From Tubiluchus corallicola (taxonomy: Eukaryota; Animalia; Priapulida): a DNA stretch of 64,000 bases. Each line of letters starts with the position of its first letter. Within the stretch, counting starts at the first letter, position 1. The position numbers and the translations under genes are program-made. Shown in pieces: positions 1 through 13,450 of this stretch. The notes under the pieces were generated by a model, which was not told the DNA's origin, searched no databases, and worked only from the letters and a program-made list of their open reading frames with translations. The stretch is taken from positions 256,660 to 320,659 of the forward strand of contig JAQGDQ010002366.1 in the NCBI GenBank assembly GCA_030141605.1, given 5' to 3'.

Positions 1-94
1 AGCATTTAGCCCGTTACACAGAATGCTGAACACTGCTTAACAGAAACAACTGCTTTATTAGAGTAAAAACATTAAAAAGCAAAACTGAATATAC

Positions 95-3000
95 CTGATC
101 TCTTAACAAGTCCATTTTTTCTAAAACTTGTTCACATTGAATTAAGACATGTAACTGGGTACGACGTTTAGGATTAGTTAAGAGTCCCAGTAAAGACTTA
201 AGTTTGCTCTGGTCACGTTTGCCTTCTGCAAAAAATTCAGTTGCACTAGATTTTATTGTATAACGTCTGCAAAAAGTATTTAATACAGTCAATAATAAAG
301 ATAAAAATCAGATTCTTCATCTTAAATTCAAATTTACATTCCATTTTAGTAACGTTACCCACTAAAATTCTTAATCAACAGTAAATATATTGTTTAGAGA
401 AATGCTAAGTAATAACTGAATTGACTAAATAAAAGGTTGATTAGTAAGGAGTAACAAGACAGGGCAGTAACACACTTTTATTGAAAAGCTTATTACCTCA
501 ATTCTAAATAACTCTAGAAAACTATAAGAATCTGAATGGTTGACGATAGCCCTTCACTTTGCTTATTGGCGCACACGTTAGGGTAAAAGATGCTAGTACA
601 CTAAAGCAAAGTAAAATATGTCAGGGATAGAGATTGTGCAGGTTAGTACATGGTTTAAAAGAGGTACAAGTGGTTAAATGCTGATAAGTGTCAGAGTGCC
701 CTTAGAAACATGGGGTGTTGGTGCTTCTACAAGAAGGTCTTAGGACTTAATAATTAAATTTTAATTACTTTCTGTCTTAAAAAATCTTCTATCCCATTAA
801 TATGCATGGTGATTGATCACAATATGTCAAAGTAAATGCCCAGTTGATTTTCAAATAACATTCAACTAACACCATTCGACTCACTTCCTCACAAAATTTA
901 ATTGACGTACCACAAGCCATGGCATAGCAACATCAAACAGACATATACAATTGCGATGTTGCAAACCTCGAGTTAAACATTTTCCCAACCATGTACTTGA
1001 TTACTTGCTGGAGGTAAGTAACCAAAACTGAGTTTTTCTCTCAAGCATTTCGAGTTTGTCTGTTTTTACCTTACCTTTTCCATCTCCTTTCTCAGACTGT
1101 GCAATTAATTCTTGTAGTGGCTCAATATACTTTGATAACTGCTGAAGTTTGTCCCAGTAAGCCTGTTCCTCAGCAGAAGGCGGAGCTGGACTTGCACTCT
1201 GTGCTCCTGAAACTTAATATATCAATTATTGCACTGTGGTCAGATGTATGCACATCCTCCCTGCACAAAACTAATAACCAGAAGCGGAATCCCAATAGCA
1301 ACTTGGCAAGAGACAATATTAAATCCATTTATTAACGAAATTGAACGATGCTTAACTTTAACTGATAAGTATATGCTGTGACTACTCAGCCCATCCAATC
1401 CAATTGTTCTCCTAATAGTGTTCTTCTCAACATTCCAAAAAATACTGGACATACAAATCGTAGTAACATTAACAATATAAAATAACAGTAGTAGCAATAC
1501 TTTTGCTGACTATGAGCTCTTGATTATGTATAACAGAGAATATTATTCAACTTGCTTTTTCCTTTAACTAAATCTAGTACAATTTCCTCTAATCTGAAAA
1601 AAATCATCCAGTTGTAACATTTATTTACTTTGAGACCAGCAACAAATTATTTGCAATTGGCAAAATAAATTAGAAATGCAAAAAAATTGTTCCTCCAATC
1701 AGAGTGAAACGTAGTTTTCAGCATTAGGGCAAGAAAGCAGTATACAACAAAAAAGCTTTACTTTCTCAGACTTTCACAAACATTTATTGTACAAACTACG
1801 ATATATTTACGTGGAGTGTTCAGCATTCCAGCACTGGGTGAAGGCACAGGTCGTCCTATACCACCAGCAGGTGACAGTGCAGTGCCTGGGCCCGGCGAAG
1901 GTGTTGGGCCCATATTAGGGCTTGGTGATGGAATCATTTGTGATCTGGAAGTAGAATATTATATTTCTGGTACTTAGAGCACTTAAAACAGCCCTATTGC
2001 AAATATAATTAAACTCGAATACACATGTTAATCTTTACAAATCATGTGGCAGTTAGGGAACAATTTTTACATTTGTCAGGAACCATTTTTGTGACTACCG
2101 TACTTGCATAATTATCCTATTACATCAATAAATCTGACCAGAATGTAAAGAATGGTAAAGAATGTGCTTTTCAGCTCAGTAAGCAATACGCCGTATAGTG
2201 TGGGAGCTACAGTAAAAGAAAACAAAAGAAAAGAACTAGGGATAAAGCTAAAGAAGAATAAAGGACAACAAGATATTAAATATCAACACATTACTTGTGT
2301 CTGAAGTAATATGTTGAGAAATATGGAGATTTCTCACTGGAGAACTTTCTTTAGTGCTTAACTATTAAATAGTGGGGATGCAACTGAGGAAACAACAAAA
2401 CAACAACACGTTGCATTCCATTAGGTTTTAATAAAACCAAGCTTCCTAGCTTCATTTTATGCTCTCACTTTTAAAACAGGAAAAAATACAAGGCTTCTAT
2501 TTAGTATTCAAGATGGCTACCAAAAATACAAAAATGATATATTTTAGCAGCTCACTAACCAAAAGAAACAAATAGCCAAATCTGTTTATGAGTCAAGAAA
2601 AATATTAAACTCTTTAGTGATGTCACCAATGATTTAAAAACTTCTAGTGCTAGAATGGAAAAAATGAAAAAATACTATGACTCAGTAAACCAGGTATTCA
2701 AATCACTTCAAATAAACAGCTAAATCTGCATTTTTTACGTTTTGGGTTGAAGGAAAATAATTTTACTAAATTTACTACTGATGTCAGCAAGGCTTTAAAA
2801 GGTTAAGATAGCTACCAAGAAACAAAAACAAGATTAATAAAGCAATTTGTAAGCTAAATGTTTCATTTATCAATCATGTATGAACTGCATTTGGATTTCA
2901 ACAGAAAAAAGTTAATTACAGATTTACGGATATGTGAATAAATTATTACATTGGCAAAATTTTTACCCTATGGAAGGTGGCTGCAGTGACTGTGGGCCAG

Positions 3001-6000
3001 AAGCAGGAGAATGACTCGTTAAACCAGCGGGTGATATTGTAGAACTGAATACTCCCTATAAAAATAATATGAACTTATAAAGCAATAGCAAAACCAAAAT
3101 TTCTAGTACAAAGTAGACTTCATATAAGATAATAATTGCTTATTAATAATGGAAAATAAAAAAAATAAAATCATGAACAAAATTGAATATTATTAGCTTT
3201 ATAGTAAAAGACAAGTTCTTTGATGTTTCTCCTTTTTCGATAAAATAAAAAATTATAGTAAGAACTATTTGTCAAGAAAAATGTTTGACTGCTGAGCAGA
3301 CAAGAAAATTGGATCATAAATATGATACCTTCAATATAAATTACAAATCCAAAATAGAGCATATGGAAACATGGGTTTATTAAAAAATTGTATGTTTTTG
3401 TCAACCTGAGCTACATTCGGTGCAGTTCCAGGTGGAGCCATCTGCTGCTGTACCATCTGTTGAGGAGACAGCTGGTATTGTTCTGGGGGTGGTGCACGTT
3501 GAGCTGGAATTTGGGCTCTCTGAAAATAATACACAGATGTATAACATTGAAAAACACAAAATCAAGTAAAATAATTGCTCAAGGTGCAACTAAACTGCTT
3601 GTGAAAAAAGGTTTTCTATTTTGCCTTTTGCACTGAGCAATATAGTAAGAAAATAACGTTCAAGTATCACCTAATAATAGTAGTATTTATAAACACTTGT
3701 AGTTTAGCAAGTTTTGAATCAAGTAGTGCTAATGCCACCCAAAGCTCCATATTAGGACATATAGATTAGGTGGCGCTATCTGTAAATCTGCAATTATACA
3801 AAACTTGAGTTGATCATCTTCGTCCCACTAAATCTGGTGAAAACTCCACCAACTTTGGTAAATGAAACGATTGGATCTTGAAACGAGGCAGACTGCATCA
3901 ATACAAACTGAAATGAATCAAAACCCAAATCTGATTCATCAAAATGGGTACTGTGATTAATTTCATCAGATTTTTGGTTCAAAACCACATAACGTAGGTG
4001 GCAGAAATAGGTGTTTTATGAAGCAGTGTTACCACTAATCAACAATATACGTGCATTCCACGTAGTGTCTTCAGAGAGTGCTTTGATATATGTTTCTGTA
4101 ATAGAGGAATTAATATTCACCACAAAAGAAAGCAGAAAAATCAAAGTTATCTCATTATTTTTCTACATAACTGAATCAACTGGAGCACATAATCTAGTTA
4201 AAATCATGGGCTAAGCACAGATACCAGGATGGATCAAAGCCAATAATTATAACAAAAATATTCTGTTATTACCTGCATGTGCATTACCTGTCCTGGTGGC
4301 ATCATTGCCACACCTTGAACCTGCCCCCGGACTCTTGTTAACAAATGATTTCTCATTTCTTGAAACTGTTTCCGCTGCTGAGGATTTATTGGGCTCATAA
4401 CTAAAAACAAACAAAAAAAACATTCAAAACAAACTACCAAAGGTATATTAAAGTACGATTGCGGAATGCAGCATTGAAAAAGTTCTAAATTTGAACTCAC
4501 CACATCTTGAACCATGTCTGTTTTTGAACCAGAAGACAAGTGCAAATCAAAAAGAATACAGACTCGTCAGTCGTCAAGGTCGCACGCAATGCCAACACTG
4601 CACACATGTAAGCCAGCAAACACACACACAAAAACTAACACTTGGAAAACCTGGATTGGTTGAAAACTTATTAGAATTGATTAAAATCTCCTTGATCATG
4701 TGCAGCTGTGTGGTTCAGTAGTCATGGCTCTTGCCTGATAATCCAAGAGTCTTCCTTACAGCCAAGAAGTTCTATTTCAAATGTTTAATATCATGGCTTT
4801 AATCCAATCACTGCAATTAAGAACATTAATTGAAAAATAATTAACAGTTTTATGCATACCTGCTCTTGGAGTAGGATAAATGTTGGGCTGAGGCTGTGAC
4901 TGGATAGGCACAACACTTGGTGGACCTTGCATGGACATTGTACTGTGAGAAACTTGTCCCTGCAACTGATGACCTTGTAATGTACTACTCATGTTTGGCT
5001 GCTGGTTTGATAAAGATGTCATCACATGGTCCATTTGTGGCTGTGACATATTAGTAATAAACTGATGTTGCTGTTGCTGTTGCTGCATTGTGTTCATTGC
5101 ACTTGGTTGAGATTGAGTTTGAACTGGAACCTGCTGTTGACCATGAATGACCATATTTTGTAGCGACTGGCCTTGCATTCCAGGCTGTGGCAGCACTCCC
5201 TGCACACCAACCATAACTTGCTATATAATTTTGAATACAGGCAAATAAAATAATGACAGCAAGTTATTTTTATGTAAGTAAACCCTAAATTTGAAAATTC
5301 AGAAACGTTTACTTTATCTAGAAACATTAGTTTACTTTTATAAACATTTACATTTGTTTGTTTATCCAAGTTTAACCACTTTTGCTGAAAATCACATTTT
5401 TGTTATGTAGATCCACACTAATCACACAAAATCACACTAATTTTTGATTTATAATTGCTTAGCGATCATACATTGAATATTTCAAAAAACAAATGTCCCT
5501 TTCTCGCTCCTTGGGGTGGGTGCTACCAAAACACGTTTTATAGCAAAATCCTGGAGGAAATTTTGACACACACTGAAAACATCATCCGTCTCAGTACTTG
5601 CCTCTTCTGAATAGACCATAACCTGAACAACAACCTGCCTAAAAGTTTTTGGCAGTAAGTGAATTCTGAATTTGGAAGCCAGTTTTAATGTAGTTCAGTT
5701 GCATTAAATGCTGGAAGAACAGACGAACAGACAACTTTAAATTAGAATTCAAAATCTCAAATTATTAGCTTTTCTGCATTTCATGTTCCTGTCACATTAA
5801 TTATGAATACAAACTTGTTCTGTTCTGGAATTGTTCTGGAAATGTTCAAAAACAATCTTGATACTTCAAGTAGTGTATTTAGTCAACTTTTCATGTTCAC
5901 ATTAATTTTGTGAGCAATTTTCTGAAATGCTTAACCCTCTCCGACCAGCAACCATTTTTGCACACAGATATAAATAAATACAGAAGAAACGCTACTGTTT

Positions 6001-9000
6001 TTTAATATATTGGTTTAGGGCTGTAAAGGACAACGATTGCAGCGATGCAGTAAAAAGCAATCCAAGAAATGGGTTGTTCTTGTACCTAAGGACTTGCAGA
6101 GAAGGATCAGAAATCAGAAAATCACAAACATTAACTAATTTAAGATTACATTAAATACCTGCGGCATTGCAGCTGCCATACTAGTAATTGGACCAGTAAC
6201 TCCGCCTCCTCGCTGAGCTAATGTGTGTAATGCACTCATTGGATCTTGTGCATTGCCTGTTGACTGGCTCGAGGAAAGATTTCCCATTGTACCAACATTA
6301 GGTTGCATCTGATCCAGCATTGCCGTGCCACTTTGTCCTTGCTGTTTCTGCACATTTTCTGCATAATATAAAAATACGAATTCAGTAAGAAGTCAGTTAT
6401 GCCAGAAGCACACGTCCCACAAATCTGACAAAAAATGAAAAATGCAACTTGAGATTTTTTAAATGAAACAAAGGCACAAAAATAAAAATAAGTGTGTGTG
6501 TGTGTGTGTATGCATTCAAGTTCTGGGATCAAGTCCTGGTTGGTCCACAATTTTTCAGCACTTCTTTCTTCAGTTAATTAGCCAATAGGGCAATTGTTAC
6601 AATGAACGCATGCGCGTTTCTCCTTATGCATATGTGCATACATGAGTGCTTTCAGGTGTACGTGTGTGTGTGAGGCATAAGAATGCGCGCACCTTGCATA
6701 AGCGTGCATGCTTGGCTATTTTCTCAAACATTTATTCATAATTATAGGCTTGCAACATATCAAACAAATAATCATTTCGTAAAATGTTCCTCTTTTATTC
6801 TAAAGTAACTGAAAATACACAAAGACCAAAAAGAGAACAAGTTCAAAGATTTGAATTATTAGACGAGAAACTGGAGACTGCAGATCAAAAATACTGGCTC
6901 TGTCAGTAGATGCAAAATTTGTTCAAGTATATTTGTTTGCAGATTTAGGTTTCTTTTTTTACAAAATGACGTCAACGATTGAATTCAAGCAAGCAAACAG
7001 AAAGAATGTCAATGCCAGTATTCATTCTAGTATGTTCACAGCTTTGTGATGATCAGTTGTAAATTGATGAAGCCCAAGACTTTTTTCAAAATGATGTTAT
7101 TACAGCCATCTTGAATTCAAGGTGGTAGATGAAAAATTTGACTCTGTCAATCAATGCAGAGTTTGTTCTAATATATTCCTATACAGTTTCATGACAGTCC
7201 ATTATGAACTGGCGGCCTTGGTCTTTTTTTGAAAATAATGTTATCGCCGTCGTCTTGAATTTAAAATGGCAGGTCGCAAATATGATTCCGTCAGTTGATG
7301 TAGAATTCTTTTTAGAGCATCCTTTTAATGTTTCACGACGATTAGTGGAAAAGTTCTCGCCGCCATATAGCAAATCCGACTCCATAAGGCGATGCAGAAC
7401 TCACTCTAGTATACTCCTACCAGTTTAAAGTTGCATGACGATCTGTTGCGAAATGGTGAAACATTATGTTTTTCCAAAAAGAATGTTATCGCCACTATCT
7501 TGAATTCAAAATTGCAGATCAAAAATTCACTGAAGTCTGCTTCTGTAAAGTTTTGCAACAATACATTGGAAATTGGTAGATCCTTAGGCTTTTTTCCAAT
7601 ATAGTGTTATCACAGCCAACTTAAATCAAAAAATTCAAATCGGAAATCCAACTCTGTCTTCCCATGCAGAATGCGTTCTAGTATATCAGTGTGATGTTTC
7701 ATGACAATCCATCGCAAACTGGTGGAGTCTTAGGCGTTTTTAAAGACTCTACAGCAAGAACTACAACAACAACACCACCATCCAGAAAAGCAGCGATTTG
7801 GGTGGAATCTCTTGGCTGGTTGTTTTTTGCAAAAATTTTGGGAGGCCCGTTTCTATGTGGGATGCTCCACTTTGTTACATGTTTAGCATCTACACATGCT
7901 AGTTTGTTAAATTAATTTCCAGAATGGCAAACATTTTTGAACAAACAACATGATGGTGACAACAAACAAAAGTTTGACAGTCACAAAGCCATAAATAATT
8001 AAGTAGACCCTACTATATAATCAGAAATATTTTACAGTATTATAAGTATTAAACTATCAAATAGTTTAAACAAACCTTTTTATGTAATGACTATTTAGCA
8101 TACACACATTTTGAAAACGATTCTCTAAAAGTGGAAACCTTAACTGAGGGAAACATTACAACAACTAATATTCCCAAATTTTTTTGAATAACTTTAGTGC
8201 CAGAAACAAACTTCATTTAGCTGCTAACAAACCTTCACAATATTATGTGCATACACATAGATCTCAACAAATAGGTCCAACTCGGATAATGCATGATAAA
8301 TAGATACTTACTATTATATTCTCGAAAATGAATTATGAGACGTGCTATAAACTGCAAATATTCTTCCTGAAAAATTTCAAATAATCAGTATAATAAAATT
8401 GATATTCCAGTACTTTAGAGTTAATAGTAATATTCCACCATTAAACAACACTATAGTTACATATAACTAGGACCTGCCAAATAGTAAGATAAAATAAAGT
8501 AATAAAAAATAAATATGCAAATTTATATCAACTCATATGCAGATAAATAGCAATAAGCTAGTGAATTAGTTTTAAATTTATGTTAGATATTTCACGAACA
8601 ATGAAATTATTTCTATTAGCTGTACAAATTAGAGTCAGCAATGACAAAAAAATTACAGTCACGCTGCTAAGCAACCGACGAAAAAGTTAAAAATAGCTAA
8701 AAGATTTTTTTGAATATTTGTACCACAAATTCTATAGCAATAACTTTATTGATGCTGAATATGCTTTTTCTTGCGGGAGTCGTATACCACAACTCAGGTG
8801 TTAAATATTTTTGGAAAAATGTAGCTTCAGTTTGTCAGCGTTGTTCGAATTTACACAATTTTAAGAAATAATTTTTGGAAGTTATAGTAAACAAAATAAT
8901 TTGTATTCTAAACTATAAGTAATAAACAGTTACACCAACGAACCAGTAAACATAGTTATAAAAAATTTCGACCGGATTAACAGGATTAGCTTTGATTCCT

Positions 9001-12000
9001 ACCTAATAAGTCTTTTTGGCATAATAACCTGTTTATAGTGTAGAAATCACAAAATTTGATATACTCTGCATTTAAACTTTATTTACTTAACTAGTGTAAA
9101 AATTGTTTAAATTGAAAGGAAATTGTGGATTGTACCACGCTGATTTCAATTGCATGTAGCTTTATAACAGATGTATAAATCATCTAATTAATAATGGATA
9201 AAAGAAACAAAACCAATGCACCTTTGTCTGCGCCTTGTTGAAAACATGCGTCTCCATCTCGACTGGTGATTTGTTGGTTGGGTTTTTTGACTGCTGCAAT
9301 GCTTCCTCTCTATAAGATAGTTAATACTAAAAGTTAAAATGGGATTATTCATTTGTATATATGCAGTTACAAGCTGAGATACAACACTCATTGTCTAGCC
9401 TGCTTCATGTATTAGCAGATATTTTTTAATATTAGCTAATATTTTTCTCGTAGGCTGTACCAGCGATGTCAGTTTAATTATGTTTCTTATTTAGACAGAC
9501 TGTCGGAACTAGAACTGCAGCCACTCGAATTGAGACGCATTGTCTGTGATCTTAAGATGATATACAAAATTTGTCATAAAATACAGGGTTTAAGTTTTGA
9601 TGATTTTTTCCAGTATGCTTTAACCATTCACTTGCATGGTCACAGCTTTAAACTGTTTACAGTTTTCTCGAGATTAAACGTATCAAAATTTTCATTTGCT
9701 AACAGAGTTGTAAACATTTGGAATGCTCTAGACTCTCACGACGTGCTCGCTACCAGTTTGTCGGTTTTCACTAAAAGATTAGCTAATATTAATTTACTGC
9801 CCTATTGCAACTTTATCCGAAACATGTAACATTGTCATTGGCATAATTGGCTCTCTCCAAATCGTATTATTGTATAAAACGTGTTGTATATAGTACATAA
9901 TTCATATTTAGGTACATTTTGTTAGGAGCTTTTTAATGAGAGATATTCAATTTTAGGGACTTGTTTTTATAAATTTTATTTTTGCGCATCTTTTTATGTT
10001 TTATAGGATCAGCATAAGTGTGCATGCGCCTGCTGATTCTTTCTTTTATATAATTTTAATATATGTAGAAATGTCAAACAAACTAAACTAAAAAGATGAA
10101 CCAAGTGACATCTTAACTAATCATGCTAGCAAATTTTGAACTCATTGGATGAATGTTATTGGGATTGAAAAAGGCGTGACGGACAGGGTGAATGAATCAC
10201 CACTTTTCTCTAGTACATGAAATTTCGAAAAACTGTTGTGACAATTAAGTATCACAATTAACACACTCACAACCACTACAACGATAATTAAGTAACATAA
10301 TAAAAAATACAATTATAATTGTAAATAGAACACTACCTACTTTTATAGACAAGTATTATAATAACACTTAAATCGGACAGATTTTGTAATATATAATAAA
10401 CAGCTTAAAGTAAATTAAGATGAGATGACTAGCCACATAACTTAAATAAAATTAACAACCATGTAACACAATTTAAGAAAAAGAGAAAGAATTATTAAGC
10501 ACATATTATTAAGCTACAGTTAAATTTTGAAGACATAATATACGTTTGCATATCATACATAAGCAGATAATTAACAGAGTCAGACAGATCATTGGATCTA
10601 CAATAATGGAAGAGGTTATATATAAATTTATTTAATATACTGAATTATACTTCTTTTATATTATACATCTCACTAGATGTTGTTATGTTTGTTATGCTGT
10701 GTTGCTATGTTTTTTTGTATGTTTTAAATCTTCAATAATCTTTAAAATCTCTATTTTTCACTGACGGAGCAAGTATTAAAATTGACATAAGGTTAGAAGA
10801 ATAGTAGCTATTTTAGTAAGAAAAGGTAAGTGCATACTATTACATACAGAGCATTTCAACAAAAAATGTGCTGGAGTTTTAACCTGTAGATCACATTTAT
10901 TACATATGGGTGACAAACATTAAGTGCGCTTGTAAAGAAATTTGAAGCATGTGTACCTAGCACATTCGACATAATAAAGCAGCAGCATACCTACTTCATA
11001 AAAATAATAAGGTTCAAGTGGAGGACGTTTCAACATTTTAACTAATGCCTTTTTAAAACTACTGATTGATGACTTGTGTCGAATTCGTCAGGCAACCTAT
11101 TCCATAAATTAATACACGATGGATGAACGAGCTGCATTGAAAGATCATATTAAATATATTTCACCAACATTAATGACTTAGAATTACAAGGACAATACAC
11201 AGTTCTTTCATATACTCGAAGTGCCAGAATAGAAGTTAAATAGAAATGGGCAGCATCATTAACAATTTTACAGAAAAGGACATTTTGTGAATATATCTTT
11301 TATTAGACATAGTTTCCCATGACAAATCGTCCAAAAGTCTTTGGCTAATTATGCACCACTGAAAAAAACCTGCAACAATTAGGGTTGTAGAATAATGTGT
11401 TTCTTCAATGGATGAAGCGTAGCTTTCAGTACAATTATCCCAAAATACAATTACAATACTCTAAAATTGTGATTTTTCTTTGTCTTTTCTACAAAATATT
11501 TTTACTTCAAAAGTGTTTATGATTTGTGCAGTAATATTTCTTAAATATTACTCTATTTTAGCTCATTTTCACAAATCACTGCCAAAAACAATAAATTAGA
11601 AAAACAAATTAACGTTTTTAATGCTACTGTGCAGTTTTTCTCTTTTGCAAAGTTGATTGCACAATTACGTTATTTATTTACTATTGTTTCCTTATTTTAG
11701 CTGTAGCTTTGGTGATTCTTTCCACAAAAAGCTAATTATTGGGAAAGTGCAAAAACAGTGATAGTGTAGACATAGACAGTACTAAACTCATACATTAATG
11801 TACAAGGCAAGCAAATAGCTAACACTAAATACATTAACCTAATTTATTTAATTGCAGTTGCAAACTTTGATATTAGATTAAACAACTTATAAAGACAGGA
11901 TGATCTTTCACCACTCCTTCTCTTTTACTTGTTATTTTATTAATACATAATTTTTGTAATCTCATAGGTGCACATAAACTTTCTCAATTTGAATTAAGTG

Positions 12001-12260
12001 CGTGTCGTATTCCAAAAGTTACTAATAAACATTATCATATTGTGACGCGCAATTATTATTTTGCACATAAAAACGTGATTGTCACATGCTACAAAAGCAC
12101 ATAAACAGTACACATACATCGTACAGAACTAAGAAAGAGATACTTACATCTGGCCTCTTGCCTTCTGTCTCAGCTCTTGAGTACGCCAAAGCTGATCATT
12201 AGAACTGTCTGGCAATAAGTTATCAGACGAATTGTTAAATTCCTGCCCGTCGGAAGCCAT
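95..12260 (-). CDS. MED15: Mediator of RNA polymerase II transcription subunit 15 (5' part; 3' exons lie beyond the left edge)
   Basis: Phase-consistent GT-AG exons: 12148-12260 (MASDGQEF...WRTQELRQKARGQI), 9222-9309 (EEALQQSKNPTNKSPVEMETHVFNKAQTK), 8312-8366 (EEYLQFIARLIIHFREYN), 6159-6358 (QDPMSALHTLA), 4860-5220, 4273-4400, 3406-3519, 2967-3055, 1811-1944 (PVPSPSAGMLNTP), 1075-1206 (EEQAYWDKLQQLSKYIEPL), 95-225 (SKLKSLLGLLTNPKRR...QCEQVLEK). The N-terminal KIX domain, Q/P-rich middle and these motifs match metazoan MED15 as recalled. Confidence 0.93.
6870..7700. repeat. Degenerate tandem repeat (~125-140 bp period) built around a palindromic GCCATCTTGAATTCAAGRTGGY core, probably transposon-internal
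   Basis: Recurrent modules near 7105 (cagccatcttgaattcaaggtgg), 7245 (cgccgtcgtcttgaatttaaaatggc), 7490 (cgccactatcttgaattcaaaattgc) and 7612; several are followed by actctgtc...atgcaga. Confidence 0.55.
9490..10093 (+). mobile_element. 5'-truncated CR1-clade LINE fragment (ORF2 C-terminus plus 3' UTR) in MED15 intron 1
   Basis: ORF 9530-9829 (LRRIVCDLKMIYKI...HGHSFKL...FSFANRVVNIWNAL...SLSVFTKRL) is the typical CR1/L2 RT C-terminal tail; the fragment ends in short (AAACT)n repeats near 10080. Confidence 0.8.
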
Positions 12261-12351
12261 GATAGGTACTGTACATCACGAAGAGGTGATCCCAAGTTTT
12301 CTACGCACCGCTAAAAATATATCTACGTTTGTGACGCCTATAAGTTTGTGA

Positions 12352-13450
12352 TGCACCGGACCACTAATGTGCCCAATCGCCATGCAATTAACCACCAACG
12401 CATCTAGCCACCTTGCATTCAACAACTAAAGCACAAAACCACTAATGCACCAAACCAGTGCACAGTCAATCATTAACGTACCCAACCAGCAACCACCACA
12501 CCGTCAACCACTAACGTACCCAATCACCATGCAGTAAACCTCTAATGCACCTAACTACCACACAGGCAACCATTAACTCACCCAGCCACCATGCAGTAGA
12601 CCACTAATGCATCCAACCACCATGCAGTCAACTACTAATGTACGCAATCACCTTGCAATTAACTACTAACACATCCAACCACCATGCATTCAACAACTAA
12701 GCATCCAACCATAATTACTAAACCATTAAATCACCAAATCACTGCACAGTCAATCACTAATGCACCCAACCAGCAAACAGTGCACCGTCAACCACTAACC
12801 CACCCAACCACCATGCAGTCAACTGCTAATGTGCTCAATCACCTTGCAATTAACTACTAACACATCCAACCACCATGCATTCAACAACTAAAGCATCCAA
12901 CCACAATTACTGAACCACTAGATCACCCAATCACTGCACAGTCAATCACTAATGCACCCAATCAGCAACCACCACACGGTCAACCACGAACCCACCCAAC
13001 CACCATGCAGCAAGCTACAAATGCACCCGATCACGATGCAGTCAATTACTAATTTACCCAAAAATCTTGCAATTAACTACTAACACATCCAACCACTGTG
13101 CATTCAGCAACTAAAGCATCCAACCATAATTACTGAACAACTAAATCACTCAATTACTGCACAGTCAACCACTAATGCACCCAATCACCATGCAGTAAGC
13201 CACTAATGCACCCAACTACCACACAGGCAACCACTAACTCACCCAGCCACCATGCAGTCAACCATTAATGTACCCAATCACCTTGCAATTAACTACTAAC
13301 ACATCCAACCACCATGCATTCAACAACTAAAGCATCCAACAATAATTACTGAACCACTAAATCACCCAATCACTGCACAGTCAATCACTAATGCACCCAA
13401 TCAGCAACCACCACACGGTCAACCACTAACCCACCCAACCACCATGCAGC
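12352..13450. repeat. 31-bp minisatellite (consensus ~AACCACTAATGCACCCAACCACCATGCAGTC), ~35 copies with higher-order 6-7-mer structure
   Basis: Contiguous diverged copies are directly visible. The variant block (c/t)cttgcaattaactactaacacatccaacc recurs at about 12651, 12842, 13065 and 13281. Confidence 0.92.

Noticed and set aside
12352-13450. Regularly spaced ~31-bp repeats resembling a CRISPR array
   Set aside because: The units are contiguous with no unique spacers, the context is eukaryotic and there are no cas genes; it is a minisatellite.
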